Position numbers and translations under genes: made by a program. DNA of 55,665 nucleotides, filler included, from Platydemus manokwari (taxonomy: Eukaryota), in NCBI GenBank assembly GCA_037951405.1. It is 5 parts of 5 records of this genome, joined end to end, with 100 filler letters (N's around TTAATTAATTAA, not from the genome) between each part and the next. Parts side by side here need not be neighbours in the genome. Positions count along the whole stretch, not along the records: positions 12,059 to 25,610 come from JBBMOY011692511.1; positions 25,711 to 35,038 come from JBBMOY011263763.1; positions 35,139 to 46,464 come from JBBMOY010761092.1; 2 more parts are not named here. One strand, 5' to 3'. Below, piece by piece: positions 23,101 to 36,400 of this stretch. The notes under the pieces were generated by a model. It saw nothing but the letters and a program-made list of their open reading frames with translations, made no database searches and was not told where the DNA came from. The stretch's first letter is position 1. Each line of letters starts with the position of its first letter.

Positions 23101-25610
23101 ATAATCTTATCCCATTTTACCGTAATCTGTAACATAATTCACGACTTGTAATTAAAATAATAATAATTATGATTATTATTATCTTGACCTAAATATATTT
23201 CTCTCATTTAAATTAGATCTATAGTATAATTTAAACCTTGTCTTGGGTGTGGATAACGATATTACTGCTTGTAAATTAATATCAGTAAAACCAATTGGGC
23301 ATTAGTCACCCCTATGTTGGTAAATACGGTTTCAAATAGGTTGATGACCAGGTAGATCCAAGTATCGTGAGCTTGCATATAGCTGTCAGAATACTACACA
23401 ATGGATTTGACTTTTTATTCTGTAAATATATATTTAAAATTTAAATAAAGGTAAAAAGTACTGGAATGATTAAAAATCCCATATGGTCATCGGGTACAAA
23501 GTCCCTAAAGTCAACAACTATATGAGCTGACAAGTTTCGACCTTAAATCACTATAATTGAAAATCCTAAGAGTGCATTCTATCTATGATATTTGAAGTGC
23601 TAATTGACATTGTTAAAAAATCGAAACAATATTTGAAATTAGAATATATTAGCGTTTTTTTGTATCAGTAAAAAGAACAATTGAATTAAACAGTGATCAT
23701 TCTAGATAATTTTCATAATCAACTTTCTAATAATTAAAATTGCCAAAAGAACTCGACCCTTTTGGATATCAACTAACCCATTTGATTAAAGATAAATACT
23801 TAAAATAATTAAGGATTCATTAAAGTTCTTGCATTCCCAACAAAGCTACTGAAATTATTGTTGTAAAATTATTTGTAAGAGTTAACCCGCTTGTAATTTG
23901 TGATTGTAAATAAATCTTTATAAACAAATTCGTGTGCTGATTAAATAACGCTAGCCTTTATATACAAAAAATACACTCAGTAACTCACGATGTTGCATTT
24001 CAAACATCATATAAATATCACAAACTCAGCAGTCGTAATGCCGAAAAGAGGATAATGGTTTCATTTATATATTTTATACACGGTATTTTTATTTAAAATC
24101 TGAATTAAACAAAACGAAATTTCAAATAAATCGATTGTTCTTTAAAAGATCCACATTCACTTTCTAAACAGTTGTTCAATTACAAAAATATGAATATGTG
24201 CCAACTATACTAATTTGAACGAATGTTTGACATCAGAGATAAGGTTAATTTTTCCAAAGGTTTCGCTAATATTTGACATATTGGGTTAATTAACACTACA
24301 TTATGAAATTTATATACGCAGAAATTAATGATATGATATATTGTAAAAAAATAATAATATCAACCATTAGTTTCCAGTAACAAACCACATGATCGCTTGT
24401 TTTAATATTCAATGGTTTGATAATAAAAATAGAAAGTATTTAACTAGTAATTTTTTTTTTCATTTGTGGAATTTTTATTTCATATACGACGCGATAATTG
24501 TTTATTAATATAGTGAGTTGTTGACCTACGATTATTCTCTTAAACTTAAATAATAATAATAGTGTTGCTTCTATATTAAGAAAGAATTGTTTTAGATAGT
24601 ATTTGATGCAGACATCAGGATTTGCACTATCCGCTATTTAATATAATTAAATCCCGCGTAATAAGTGACCGTAGGGATTAGCGCGAAGAAAATGTAATCG
24701 AAATCGATTCCATTAGTTGAATTTTATTGATCTACTTCTGATAGTGAAATAAATTGTTAATTTAACTTAAGATAAATTCCAGCTTGATCATATGTTAACG
24801 ATTGCAACAAAGTTAAATTCCGGTGTTGTCATCGGTAGTTCTGAGCAATATGAATTTTATAAAGTTACATATAGGTATTCTCAATATCCAAACCTCTTAT
24901 CTGTTAATAAAGAGAATTTATCGTAAGACATATTTAAGTAATTATTTTGATTATAGGCTATTGGTTATTATAAATGAATTCCTATGAATCCGTCATACTA
25001 TTTTAGAGGCCATGTGGAACTTTGGGGCAGTGAAACACTTATTCATACACAAGGATGAACAATACCCATTTTGTAACTATAAAATAAATCCTGTATTTAC
25101 ACAAATATTTCCAAGACAATAAGTGTATAGATTTGCTAATGAAACCATTGACAACTCGAATATCATGTCCACCAATAGAAAAATTTCGTGGCATCTTCTA
25201 CTAATCATTATAATTCCGTTATATCTTACCATTGGGCCGTTGTTATTGAATTTTAAAGCCATACTACTATATGGAAAAGCGACGATTAAGCGAAATTTGT
25301 TAAACTAAACTAAATTATTATTAGTAAATAAGCACGAGTGGCTGATTATCAAGCTAATACTCTTAAATTCCAGACAGAAAACAAACTACGTTCAATTAGC
25401 CAATCGTAAGAAACCCTACAAATAACTACTTAGCAACCTAATATCCTTGTTTTGAATCCATATGATTCTGAACATTTAATTTAAACATTATTTCGACATA
25501 ATATAATTAACTAATTCTAATAACCTTAATTTAATTTTGTCGATTAAACCGGTGTAGAGGTTTGATTTTATAAATTAAAATTTTTCTTTCTAATATTATT
25601 AAAATCAACT

Positions 25611-25710
25611 NNNNNNNNNNNNNNNNNNNNNNNNNNNNNNNNNNNNNNNNNNNNTTAATTAATTAANNNNNNNNNNNNNNNNNNNNNNNNNNNNNNNNNN
25701 NNNNNNNNNN
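25611..25710. other. Artificial contig linker
   Basis: 44 N + TTAATTAATTAA + 44 N. Confidence 0.97.
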
Positions 25711-25940
25711 AATATCCAATTAATCAATAAATAAATTTAATTGAAAAAATAACGGAACATCTATCAATAAATCTATTTCATATTTTATCAGTTTGCCAAG
25801 GAAAATATTGAATTATTTTATTTTCATTGGACTAAATATTTATTGGAAGAATTAGTATAGCCAATCAAATGTCAATGGAAAATAATGTGTGTGCATTAAT
25901 ATGGTATAATTGACTAACATCTTTGTCCTTGGCATTATTA

Positions 25941-26820
25941 ATGTTTTAAGAGCCTCTTTTAATATTATTAACTGATATCAATGCGGATTCAGTTTACCAT
26001 GCTGTAAATTCTTGTGTTTTCAACCCTCTACAATCAATATTGATTAATTCAAGTCTTCAGTGTGCACTGAAATGTGATGCAGCTTATTGCAAAGCATTTA
26101 AATACAATAGAAATCAATCAATGTGTCACTTGTATTCATTTCACGAAATATGCCAATCCAATACTGCTTGTAAGAATGTGTCGATATTTATCAATAATCG
26201 ATACAATAATTTGGTGAGTTGTAATTCGTTTTTAATGCAAAACCTGATTTATATTTCAGTTTGAAGGAGATTCAACTGGTGCGGCTTTTCAATTACTAAA
26301 TGGAATAAATTCAAAATATACCGATGGGAGTCCATCGGTATTTAAAATTATAAACAGGACCCAAGCTTTTCCTATCATTAAAGGCAATGGGAATATGATC
26401 ATCGTAGCTATTGGTACATATCTGAATAGCAGAATGATAGTTCTACCTAAAGATGAAATGGTTGTTGATAGAGATAAAAAATAATATCACCTGAAAAAGA
26501 GATTTTTAAACTATTTAACCAATGAGAAATGTATCGATTACTCGAATTGTTATTATCTGATTGATGATTATAAAAACTACTCTGGAATCCAAAATATTGT
26601 TTTTGGCATTAAATTTGATTCAAAATTTGACACCAGAAATTTAATCAAGTATGCTCCAATTAGAAACTGGAATTTTATTGTTGCGGGTACATTTTGGGTT
26701 AATCAATTATCGCAAAATCTCAAAGAGCTCGTCAACTATTATGGAATCGACATAACCAACAAGGCTGACACCACTGATTGGGTAATAAGAGAAAATATTT
26801 GCCGAAATATCACAAATTAA
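25941..26820 (+). pseudogene. PAN/Apple domain + TCAF/FAM115 N-terminal-like domain gene, two premature TAA
   Basis: Exon 25941-26213 contains SSLQCALKCDAAYCKAFKYNRNQSMCHLY (PAN cysteine pattern). After a 46-nt GT-AG intron, exon 26260-26820 reads GAAFQLLNGINSKYTDGSPSVFKIINRTQAFPIIKGNGNMIIVAIGTYLNSRMIVLPKD (cf. TCAF1 SAAFEALMNGVTSW...[30 protein letters not shown]). Stops at 25947 and 26482. Confidence 0.7.
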
Positions 26821-27045
26821 TAAGACAACAGCTCCCGCTACCATTTAATGTAAAAGTTCGATGTATTTTATTTATTTGTTTAAGTAGTGGTTATTATTAT
26901 TAAAATGTGATGATTATATATTTTGTTTAATTTCATTATAATTAATTCAAATTTGATTTGGGTTAAGTCTATGTTGATCAAACAAAATATGGATTTTTAT
27001 CGATTGCTGCACAAATCGAGATTGATTAGGAAATGTTATGTATAA

Positions 27046-27214
27046 NNNNNNNNNNNNNNNNNNNNNNNNNNNNNNNNNNNNNNNNNNNNNNNNNNNNNNN
27101 NNNNNNNNNNNNNNNNNNNNNNNNNNNNNNNNNNNNNNNNNNNNNNNNNNNNNNNNNNNNNNNNNNNNNNNNNNNNNNNNNNNNNNNNNNNNNNNNNNNN
27201 NNNNNNNNNNNNNN
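27046..27214. other. Sized assembly gap (N run)
   Basis: 169 consecutive N. Confidence 0.98.
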
Positions 27215-27799
27215 ATATAAATTTAAAATAATTAGGCTAAAGCAGAAATTGATTACTGTGATCATATAGGATAAATAGTGAGTTAATTCCATCACGATTC
27301 ACAATTCTAAACTGAAATTGAGAGCGATTGAAAGTGAAATGCCATTGGAATGTAGTGAGAACGATTTAAATAAATTCATATCAAATAGTGAAATTTAAGG
27401 TCTGACCCAGACATATATCAAGCACAATTTGTATCGTTATCAATATTTTAGAAATTGTAATAAATAGTATTGCGTGCTACAGAGGCTGATTATTCTCATA
27501 TCGATCCTTTTACAAGCTAATTGCGTGATAATTTTATAAATTAACTGATTTAGAAACACAATTTTTAAGATATAATTAGATCGAATTTGCATTATTATGA
27601 TAGCATTTTTCCCTAACCCTCTTTAACCTTCTAACTAGAGTATAAAATAAACACAAAATCATCAGCCCAAATTCAGTCCAGATGCAAACGTATTTCATAA
27701 AACAAAGAAAGGAGAGGTCGATTTTAGTAAAATAGTAAAAGAGATCGATAAAAATAAATTCCAAAATTTAGTGAAAATATTGAATAAATGAAAGACTAA

Positions 27800-28800
27800 G
27801 AAAATAAATTAGAAAATTTCATTATTTGTTTACAAGCTTGGAACAGTGTGAGTGGGAGTCATAAAATTTTGAATTTTGTTTAGTATGGAGATTGAATTTA
27901 ATTCAGTATCATCACATGTTTCAAGGGATATCTCGATTCTGTGAAAACTTTGACGAAACTTAATAAGTATTTTGAATTTATTGAGAGAGGAATCCATCTA
28001 GAAATTTATAGATATCGATGTCGAGGATTCTTTCGAAAATATAACCTTAGTGAAATTAAATATGGTTAAGAAATATAATGATAACAGATTTCAGATTAGA
28101 AATCCATTGAGATAAGGATTTATTCATGTATCTGAGTCAGTTGTTGAACTATAATAACTGCTTAATGATTTACAGGATCTTACTATAAATTGACACTGCT
28201 AAAAGCTTCACTTGATGTGTGAGAAATTCAAAATTGATGATGTGAGCTAAAAGTATATAGAAAGGCAAATGAGGGTCATGGTGAGAGGTCAACCTTGTTT
28301 AACTTCACGGTGAATAGAGATAGAGGGGGTATTTAAATGATGACAGGTGTAAATCGTATGGGAATCCTTTGACAGTAATTACATCATCGAAATATAGTGG
28401 GACTTGCAATCCACTTTACGAAAAGTGTTCCAAATGGGTTTTTGTGGAAGACTGGGAAAGACTCGAGTGGATTATCTCAGCTAATGTGTAGGTCCGAGTT
28501 ATTGTGAACTGAAAATTAGGTAAGTGAAAAGAGATAAGCATTTTACTCAGCAAAATCATCTAAGTCAAGAATTGCTTATTGGTTATAAGAGAGAAGTTTC
28601 TCTGCGGTGATCCAATTCAAAAGCCTATTTTTGTGGATGGTGGTGAATAATCTATAGGTGTCTGTCAGAGCTATTGGGGCATCAAGATGAGACAATGTGT
28701 GAGGTCGAATTTCTACCATCTTTTAAAAGAATATTTGTCTTACAGCTGATTCAGTGGTTTGGGATAACTTTGGTTAATAAAACTTTGTTAAATAGGGCGA
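27800..28800 (-). mobile_element. Decayed non-LTR retrotransposon RT (R2/NeSL-type)
   Basis: PIALTDTYRLFTTIHKNRLLNWITAEKLLSYNQ*AILDLDDFAE*N (cf. RPIAL..T.YKL.....RL..W.....LS..QKGFLP.DG..EHN); TPSISIHREVKQG*PLTMTLICLSI (cf. I.RGVKQGDPLSP.LF.L.I) near 28260-28330; DIYKFL (cf. YKYLG) near 28000. Confidence 0.75.
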
Positions 28801-29556
28801 GAAGAAAGGTGTGTTGGGGATCTACAGTTATCTAATTATCAATATTGAGTGCGGAAATTGGAAGAGAACGTATAGAAAAATTATATTCTGATAAATGTGT
28901 GTTACGTAATAGATCAATAAATTTATTTAAATTAGAGATATTAAGTAAACTAAGAATATAAAATGAAATGTTGTGAATTGTCTCAAGGAAGGGATCCGAT
29001 GGTTCCTTTTCATGATGACAGTATTGCGCTACCTACCCCTAAAATGAATGATCTTGGTTGCGGTAGGGTGGACCAACTGTCACGAAATTCAAAGGAATAA
29101 ATTTTGATGGGACCAATCTAGGTGGACGAATATTATTAAGATTAGGTTTCATATTAATATGTGATAAGTTATTTTATTAATTAATCATTCTCCTTATCGT
29201 TTTGTCCTATCTCTGAGCGAAACAATATGATTGATTCCTAATGCTCATATTTTGTGTCAATCTTGTATGGCATCAACTGTATAAGTTGGTTTTGATTACA
29301 CAATACTTTTTAGTGTGGATAACACCTTAAAAGGTATTTAATTAAATAACAGGGTATTTATGGCAATAGCAATAAAATGTGCATATTTATTCAGAATTTT
29401 TATATTTTTAGAGTTGCACTCCATATCTAACATTCATCACCATTGGAAACTCGAATTTCTGGCAACAATTCTAACCTCTATGGGTGACCAATATTTTATT
29501 CGTCTTCAAACAATTAAATTCTCATAAATGCACAAAAAAATTCATATTGATAATAA

Positions 29557-29558
<2 letters not shown>

Positions 29559-29618
<60 letters not shown>

Positions 29619-29633
29619 TAATAATAATAATAA
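29559..29633. repeat. (TAA)n microsatellite
   Basis: About 25 units with one interruption; the source of the poly-Ile ORF in the track. Confidence 0.97.
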
Positions 29634-32600
29634 GCCCAGCTGCCAAAAATAAGCACAAAATCGGTCAAAATATTACTGGCTTTTGGTATATGATTACCTA
29701 TCAACGAAGGGTAATAAATTACCATAGTTTTTAATATATCTGACCAGATACTGACATGGTATTTATCGCCTACCTATGTTTATCAATTTCAATGATTATT
29801 TAACGGTTTTGATCGAGTTTTTCTCCGGGCAGTTAACAAATACAAGTAAATATAAATTCACAACAGGTGACCACCTTTTCCATTCAGTGATAAGAGATAT
29901 TGATGTCGAATGAATTATTATTTTCAATCCATATATGAGTGAGTTATGAAAGAGCACATTCAATGTTCTATCTGATATTGATGACCAGACAGAACTACCA
30001 AAACCGTTTTATAGGTGGAGTTCTCCTGTTAGGAATTCAATAAGAAAATTCTTGTAACTGTTACAACAATAATCGTATAACATTACATAATAATTATTAT
30101 AATAATATCGATTAATATCTTTATAGTTATTATAAGGATAAATCTATAATTATAGTATAATGAACGTTTGTCATTCAATATGGTCAACTCAATCAATATT
30201 CTATAAACCATATGACATTCTATTATTGATGTTTGTATCGGTTGGGTTAAACAAACGAATGCAACATTCCTTTAACATTTCATCATTATATTTCTTTTAG
30301 AGAACTTGTACTTAAAAATTTTTTTTTTCATCAAAAAATCAAATCGATAAACGTGACCGGTAAATTTGGAAAATTAAAATGAAGCATTTTGAGGTTTCTA
30401 CGTGGGTCAGAGTAAACATTATAATGGTAACGAGGTCATTTGAATTACGCTTTAAATATATTTATGATTTCAAGCATTATAATATCCAATTCAGTAGTCC
30501 ATTGTGAGACCGGATTAGTAAAGGTTTCAGTTCATTCATATTGAATAGAACCTATAAATGATATTGGGTTTGACATACAATTTCAGTTGCCCTATGACCA
30601 TAGTCAGGTGTTGTTAATGGATTTTAATTCAATATCCGGTTCTTTTTCACATTTCAAGGTAAGGATACAGAATCGAACAGCACGTATCAATCACATATAC
30701 TGCCAAATCTCTCACCAGATGCCTTAATTTTGATATAATGATTTGAGGATATTTATTTACTCGCCGAAAATGTGTATAAATTATCGATAAATTGTTAAAC
30801 GAATCCTGATAGTTCTCAGTCATATTAAATACAAAACCTCTATTTTAATAATTATTTTAGGAGCAAATTTATTTCTATAAATAGCAATGACCCGTCTAGA
30901 AAAGCAATTAATAATCTCAAAATAGATTAATTGAAACCACAAAATTGATGGAAGAGATGGCGAAGTGTGAAAATAAATTAAGACAAAAAGAATATTTAAA
31001 ATCAAATCCTTTAAAAAGATAAAAACAATAAGACACAGAAAAATTAATATAAATAAGAATAACAAACTGCAATGGAAAAAATAAACATTTTAATAATTTT
31101 AAACAGTTCCAGTTGTGACGCCCCGCGAAGTTAATTAAGTGACTTTTTAAATTTCTCGATTAATTTCTTAAAGTCCGTTTATCAACAAACTAAAGATTCT
31201 TATTTTAGAAATTATCAATAAATTAAATTCATATGACATCTTCAACTTGGATCCAATGAAGATTTAAATTTTAATAAATCAAGTGAAATCAATTTCATCT
31301 AGTTTAGCGTCTCTAGTAGTTTCTATTCACAGCGCAGACCAGAAACAATGGCTCTTGCAGATATTTTCAAAAAGTGCTCTAGCGTGTTCATCATTAACTT
31401 GTTCTAACCGAAATTAAAATATTAAATAAAATTATAAATAATCTTAAAAATCCTGGTTGTTTGTTTATCAAATTCATTGATTCATTGATTTTTATTTCCT
31501 TTTAACTTCATATATTTATCATGTTATCAATTCTAATTATATTTTATTGAATATCTATTTTTAGTCATTTGTAATAAATTTATTCTTAACCTTTTTTAGG
31601 CCCAAATATTTAGAGTCATATATTATTGATTAGATAAATTTTATAAATATCAAGCACCCTTAAAATATAACATTTATTTATGATCTATTCGTCTTGAATT
31701 GAAATATTTTTCAATTCTTTTATGACCAGATTCTCGTTATTTTACCAAACAGATTTTCTGAAAAGGAATACACGTTAGAACCAATTAATTGATTATCAAC
31801 TCAATAATCAATTCAATCAATAATTTTTGATTAATTTCAAGACATTATATGTCATTCTTTAATATTTCGTAAATGCTTAATAAAATTAATTCTCTCTCTT
31901 TTTTATTATTTTCATTTCCCTCAGAATTTGTTGAAAATTTTGTTTGAAATTCTAATTTGAATTTCTCAAAGAGGCTCAGAGGAAAAATCTATTTGATATC
32001 AATTTTATGGTAACTATGGTATTTGAATTTATTTGTTCTCTTGTTTCATTGATTATGGAGAAATGATAATCTAAAATTAGACACCAATGAAGTCGGATTT
32101 TTAGATTGTATTTACAAAAATTAATTTTTCAATGACTTGATATATATTTATCGGAAATTTTTAAATTGTATTTTTTTATTTTCTATTTTTTAGCTCATTT
32201 GATCATCAAAAATTTGAAAGATTTCCCAAAGAGATTTTCAATTATGAAGTGCAAAAGGATGTGCTGATTCTTGAAGAACAAGAAGTTGGTTTTTAAGAGC
32301 TTATTTATTTTTGTCTTTAAATAATTATGATTGCTGATTATTTGAGTCTCGGTCTTGTAGCTTGTGTGACGAATAATAACATGCAATTAAAATGGAATAA
32401 ATCACAATGGAGACACCAGATAAAACCCTCTTATATCACAATGCAAATTCGGTCAAATAAACTTGCAAGGATAATACCTAATCTCAGAAGAGGAGTTCAG
32501 TATAAGAAATGATAAATAATTTAAGCTAAATTCCGTCAATATTTAATTCATCTTATTGACGAGCACATGTTCAAAAGATTAATAAAATAATTAACGATTT

Positions 32601-32970
32601 TGCACAATTTCACATCAGGTGTTCAAGACTAGTAAATTCCACATATGCTGATAGTTTCCAATACTTGATCCTCACCATCTGATAAAATTCTCAACAATTA
32701 GCTCTAACATTTACATCTTCAAAACAGTAATTTCAAAGCCAATAATTTGAGGGTTTGAAGGAAGAACGAATATTTAAGGAGAATTAATCTTATGAGTCGA
32801 TTTCTCTAAATAAATGACAAAGATTCAACAATAAGTCTTTCACAGACTTCATAAAAAAGAATAAGTTTGTATAAGATAAATTTCTAAAGGACTTCAAGGA
32901 TCAGATATTTATACTTGAATCGCTACTGTGCCCCTTTATGGATAAATTTCGCTTTTCTGGGGTTGAATTG

Positions 32971-33190
32971 TGTTAGCCGCTACTTTTTAAAAACCACACA
33001 TTAAAATCAAACAAAAAAGTCCAGACACAATCAATCTATCTTAAATCCAAATATTTAAACAAATATTCCTAATTTTACATTAATTTAATTTTTTATAAAA
33101 TTAAATTAAATCTGAATAAAATTTGAATAAAATTTGAATAAAATGTGAATTGAAATTTTTTTTAATTAAATTTATATAAAATATCTCACA
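32971..33190 (+). repeat. TG...CA dispersed element, copy 3
   Basis: Starts tgttagccgctac, ends atatctcaca, internal (tgaataaaatt)3; similar to 10606-10827. Confidence 0.7.
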
Positions 33191-33419
33191 AACGGTAAAC
33201 AAATAAATGGAAATATTATAAACATACATTATAAACATATAATCGCCAGCTATTAATCAGTTTATCACTGACTGTTAAATTTGATATTTGGACTGATGGA
33301 CTTGTTGATGTTTTGGATAATTTGATTGGTGTTGATATCGAATTAGAATTGTTGCGTTATCAATCAACTATTTGAATCTACAAATCCGTATTAACTGAAA
33401 TAATACAGTTAAAGTTTCA

Positions 33420-33590
33420 ATAATAACAAAGAAAATCATTCTTGATGGGATCAACGCACGAAAGTCAAAAACAGAATGAAGAGTAATCAAAAAAACTGAT
33501 TACTGAAATCACACATAGGCTAAGCACTGAAGTTACCGACCAAGAATCCATGGAACTCAACCTCTTATAAATTTATCGGGTGTGTCTGCT
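33420..33590 (+). repeat. Dispersed repeat (second copy ~54850-55015)
   Basis: Shared blocks gggatca, cgaaagtcaaaa, cag.atgaagagtaatcaaaaa, attact.aaatcacacata.gctaag.actgaa.ttac and catggaactcaacctctt. Confidence 0.85.
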
Positions 33591-34449
33591 TGATGTCATG
33601 AATCTTCGTTTTCAATTCGCTGAATTTGTTTATGGATCGATTTACTTGAGATTTTCTTAATATCTATTTTGGCATTGGAGGATATTTGATCTTGCTGTCG
33701 TTTGTAAGTACGTGCCTTTTGATTCTTAGCATCTAAATATGGATTAAAATTGAAATGAATCTGATTGATTTACTGCAAATGTGCTTATCGGGTTTGTGTA
33801 TATTGACCCTTTTATGGGTTTTTCTCTTGTGACCTTTTTGATTGATTTATGAGATGCCCAACAGAATTAATATTTTGAATATTATTTAGATTGTTGTGTA
33901 TTGGATTGGTTATTATTTATATTTGGATTGGATTGATCATTGCGCATTTTGATTAGATTATTATATATACATAATGAGTTGCTTCTCCTGCAAATTACTA
34001 CTTCTTGAGATTTACTATCAGAATGTGCCTTGTTCATAATTGATCAATAAAATTTCCACATTTCTCCCAAAGCCATTATTAATTTTTCAAAATATTTCGA
34101 AACTTATATGAGTCATTGACGTATAGGAATTTATTTTCACAGACAATAATTGATCATAAGAGCTCTTCTCTACATAAGCAGCCGTAAGATGCCCATATCA
34201 CAACTTTGCTTCTGTTGGAAATTTGTCATGCTAGTGCTCTACTCAGATAGTGAGAATAGCGAATCTGAAAGAATACCGATCACCATTAGTTCATATAATG
34301 CATGAAAAATAGAAATGCCAGGCCATAAATGGCAGAAAATCAATATTCCAATAAGTAACCCCAAGAAACCAAAAAACTTCAGCAACATCAGAGAAACGGA
34401 GTTCAATCGATAAAGAATTCAAAACATCAATAGAAACTAAAGCCACTTG

Positions 34450-34530
34450 GCCTCAGTGGCTCAGTCCGAAAAGGGTTGGAAAAGAGGAATTGGAGTGTCG
34501 ATTTTAACACTTGAGGTTCGCAACCATCAT
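34450..34530 (+). mobile_element. tRNA-derived SINE head (Pol III A/B boxes), degenerate
   Basis: A-box-like gtggctcagtccg and B-box-like ggttcgcaacc about 50 nt downstream; no complete cloverleaf. Confidence 0.4.
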
Positions 34531-35038
34531 TTATTTACAAATTTCAAATCCCAACCAAATTCTTTAGCCTTCCAGATCCAAATATCAGTGATGAGTTTCT
34601 ATTGAACATTTCTGAGTTTATTATTTGTGAATATCAGATTGTCTGACTTATTGTGTTTATCTGACTCTAATGAATATCTTTAGTGAATTTGTGAATATTT
34701 GATTTATCATACGATGCAATAAACATAAGTGATTATAAATAATTATAAATAATTATAAATGATTATTAAAAATATAGAATTTACCTATAAAAATCAGATG
34801 AATTGTTAGGATCCAATATCCACCCACAGTGAATCATCAAATAACGTATTACGCCCATAATACAATCACATAATTTCATATAATTAAAATTACATAAAAG
34901 ACCAAAGTCCTAAAATAGTAATGACGTAATTCCTAAAATAGGCACATGATCAAAAATGGTATTTATTAGGTGTATAACCTTAAAATTTCGGTTTTTTTTG
35001 AAAAATATTTATTTATTTAAAGTACATTTTGCATAGTA

Positions 35039-35138
35039 NNNNNNNNNNNNNNNNNNNNNNNNNNNNNNNNNNNNNNNNNNNNTTAATTAATTAANNNNNN
35101 NNNNNNNNNNNNNNNNNNNNNNNNNNNNNNNNNNNNNN
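35039..35138. other. Artificial contig linker
   Basis: 44 N + TTAATTAATTAA + 44 N. Confidence 0.97.
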
Positions 35139-35348
35139 GAAGCAATTGGAATGATATCTAAGATTTTTAGAGTTATTTTATAAAAAAGTGACTTCGAAAT
35201 TATTGAGAAGTGCCATGAACATGGTACTTGTGTTTTCTCTCAAAATAAGTATATTATATATCTATATATCTATTTAATTGATTGGATGCATAGATCCCAA
35301 ACCTGTCGATGTTGTAATTAAATGAAGATCTGATCCAAATCAAATAAA
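35139..35348 (+). repeat. Dispersed repeat, copy 2 of 7302-7475
   Basis: Same blocks as 7302-7475 with a short internal expansion. Confidence 0.8.
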
Positions 35349-35631
35349 TCGTACAGGTGAAGGTGCCACAAATAGACAAGTTTTGGAATTCAAATAGAGA
35401 CTTGGCTCAACAATTCATTCTTCTCTCTTTTCGACATTCTGAATAAAGTTGAAGCGAACGAAATCTCAATAAAGAAGAATTATAAGAGCCAATGATCGAA
35501 GGTAATGTTCGAAGAAATAAAACAAAAATTTATTGCCAAGGAATTGCATGAGGAATATACAAATTTTGCACAAATATTTTCCAAGTGCGACCTGACATTT
35601 TCAATAGCGATCATATCAAGAATCTAAAATT

Positions 35632-36400
35632 TTAAATTATTATTAAAATTATTCCATTGCTCAATTGATTTTCGAATAATTTCAAAGTTTTTACTTGCTT
35701 CAACAGGACTAAAATCAACATTTGAATGAATTTCAAGACCTTGTTGAAATCGATTATATAAAGAGTGGTTAAATTAGGAAATTTAACATGAATCCAGAAC
35801 AAAGAAACATTATGTTTTGTAACTTTATATGTTAACTTGTACCTGGTGTAATTATCAGAGCATAAGTATCTACTTAATTTTTTTACAAGTGATGTAGTTG
35901 TTTCAATCACTAGTAAACGCATCAATCAATGAGAAGTTTTTATACAGACCGAAGTTTCTCTACTAGTAGATCATTGGAATTGAAAAGACATAGTTCTTGT
36001 CTTTGCAACATTTAAATGATAATTTGTGGTTTTACCCTACTAAATTTGTTATTCTATAAAAACAGAAGGGTTGCGTCTTAATGTCACTGATTCTTTGGTA
36101 TATATATTTAAGAGTCAGATAATTACATTATAGCCATTAGGTTCGAATAGTACGAATATAAATGATAATAGTAATATCATTGATAAGAAAAAAATTAGAC
36201 CGAGAGTAATAATGAAGTTCTGTACATAATATAAATGAGCTAATATTGAATATACGACGCATCTGTTGTCATAATTTTCAACATTTACTATGTTATTAGA
36301 GATAAAAGGTAGAGGTAAATAATTAATTCCAGATAACAAATTTATCTTTGAAATATTTATTTTATAGTATCTAATTCAAATATATTCCAACCGCTTCATT
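35632..36400 (-). mobile_element. Maverick/Polinton-like DNA polymerase B N-terminal remnant
   Basis: SGWNIFELDTIK/INISKINLLSGINYLPLPFISNNIVNVENYDNRCVVYSILAHLY (cf. GSGW...LNI.KYNPL.GSSYI.LP...INVKN.DN.CF.WSILA.L). Downstream VKFPNLTTLYIIDFNKVL resembles exonuclease motif I (P.VIYADFES.L). Confidence 0.65.

Noticed and set aside
27026-27295. Track ORFs spanning X runs
   Set aside because: Artefacts of translating the N gap.
29528-29734. Poly-Ile ORF
   Set aside because: Translation of a (TAA)n microsatellite.
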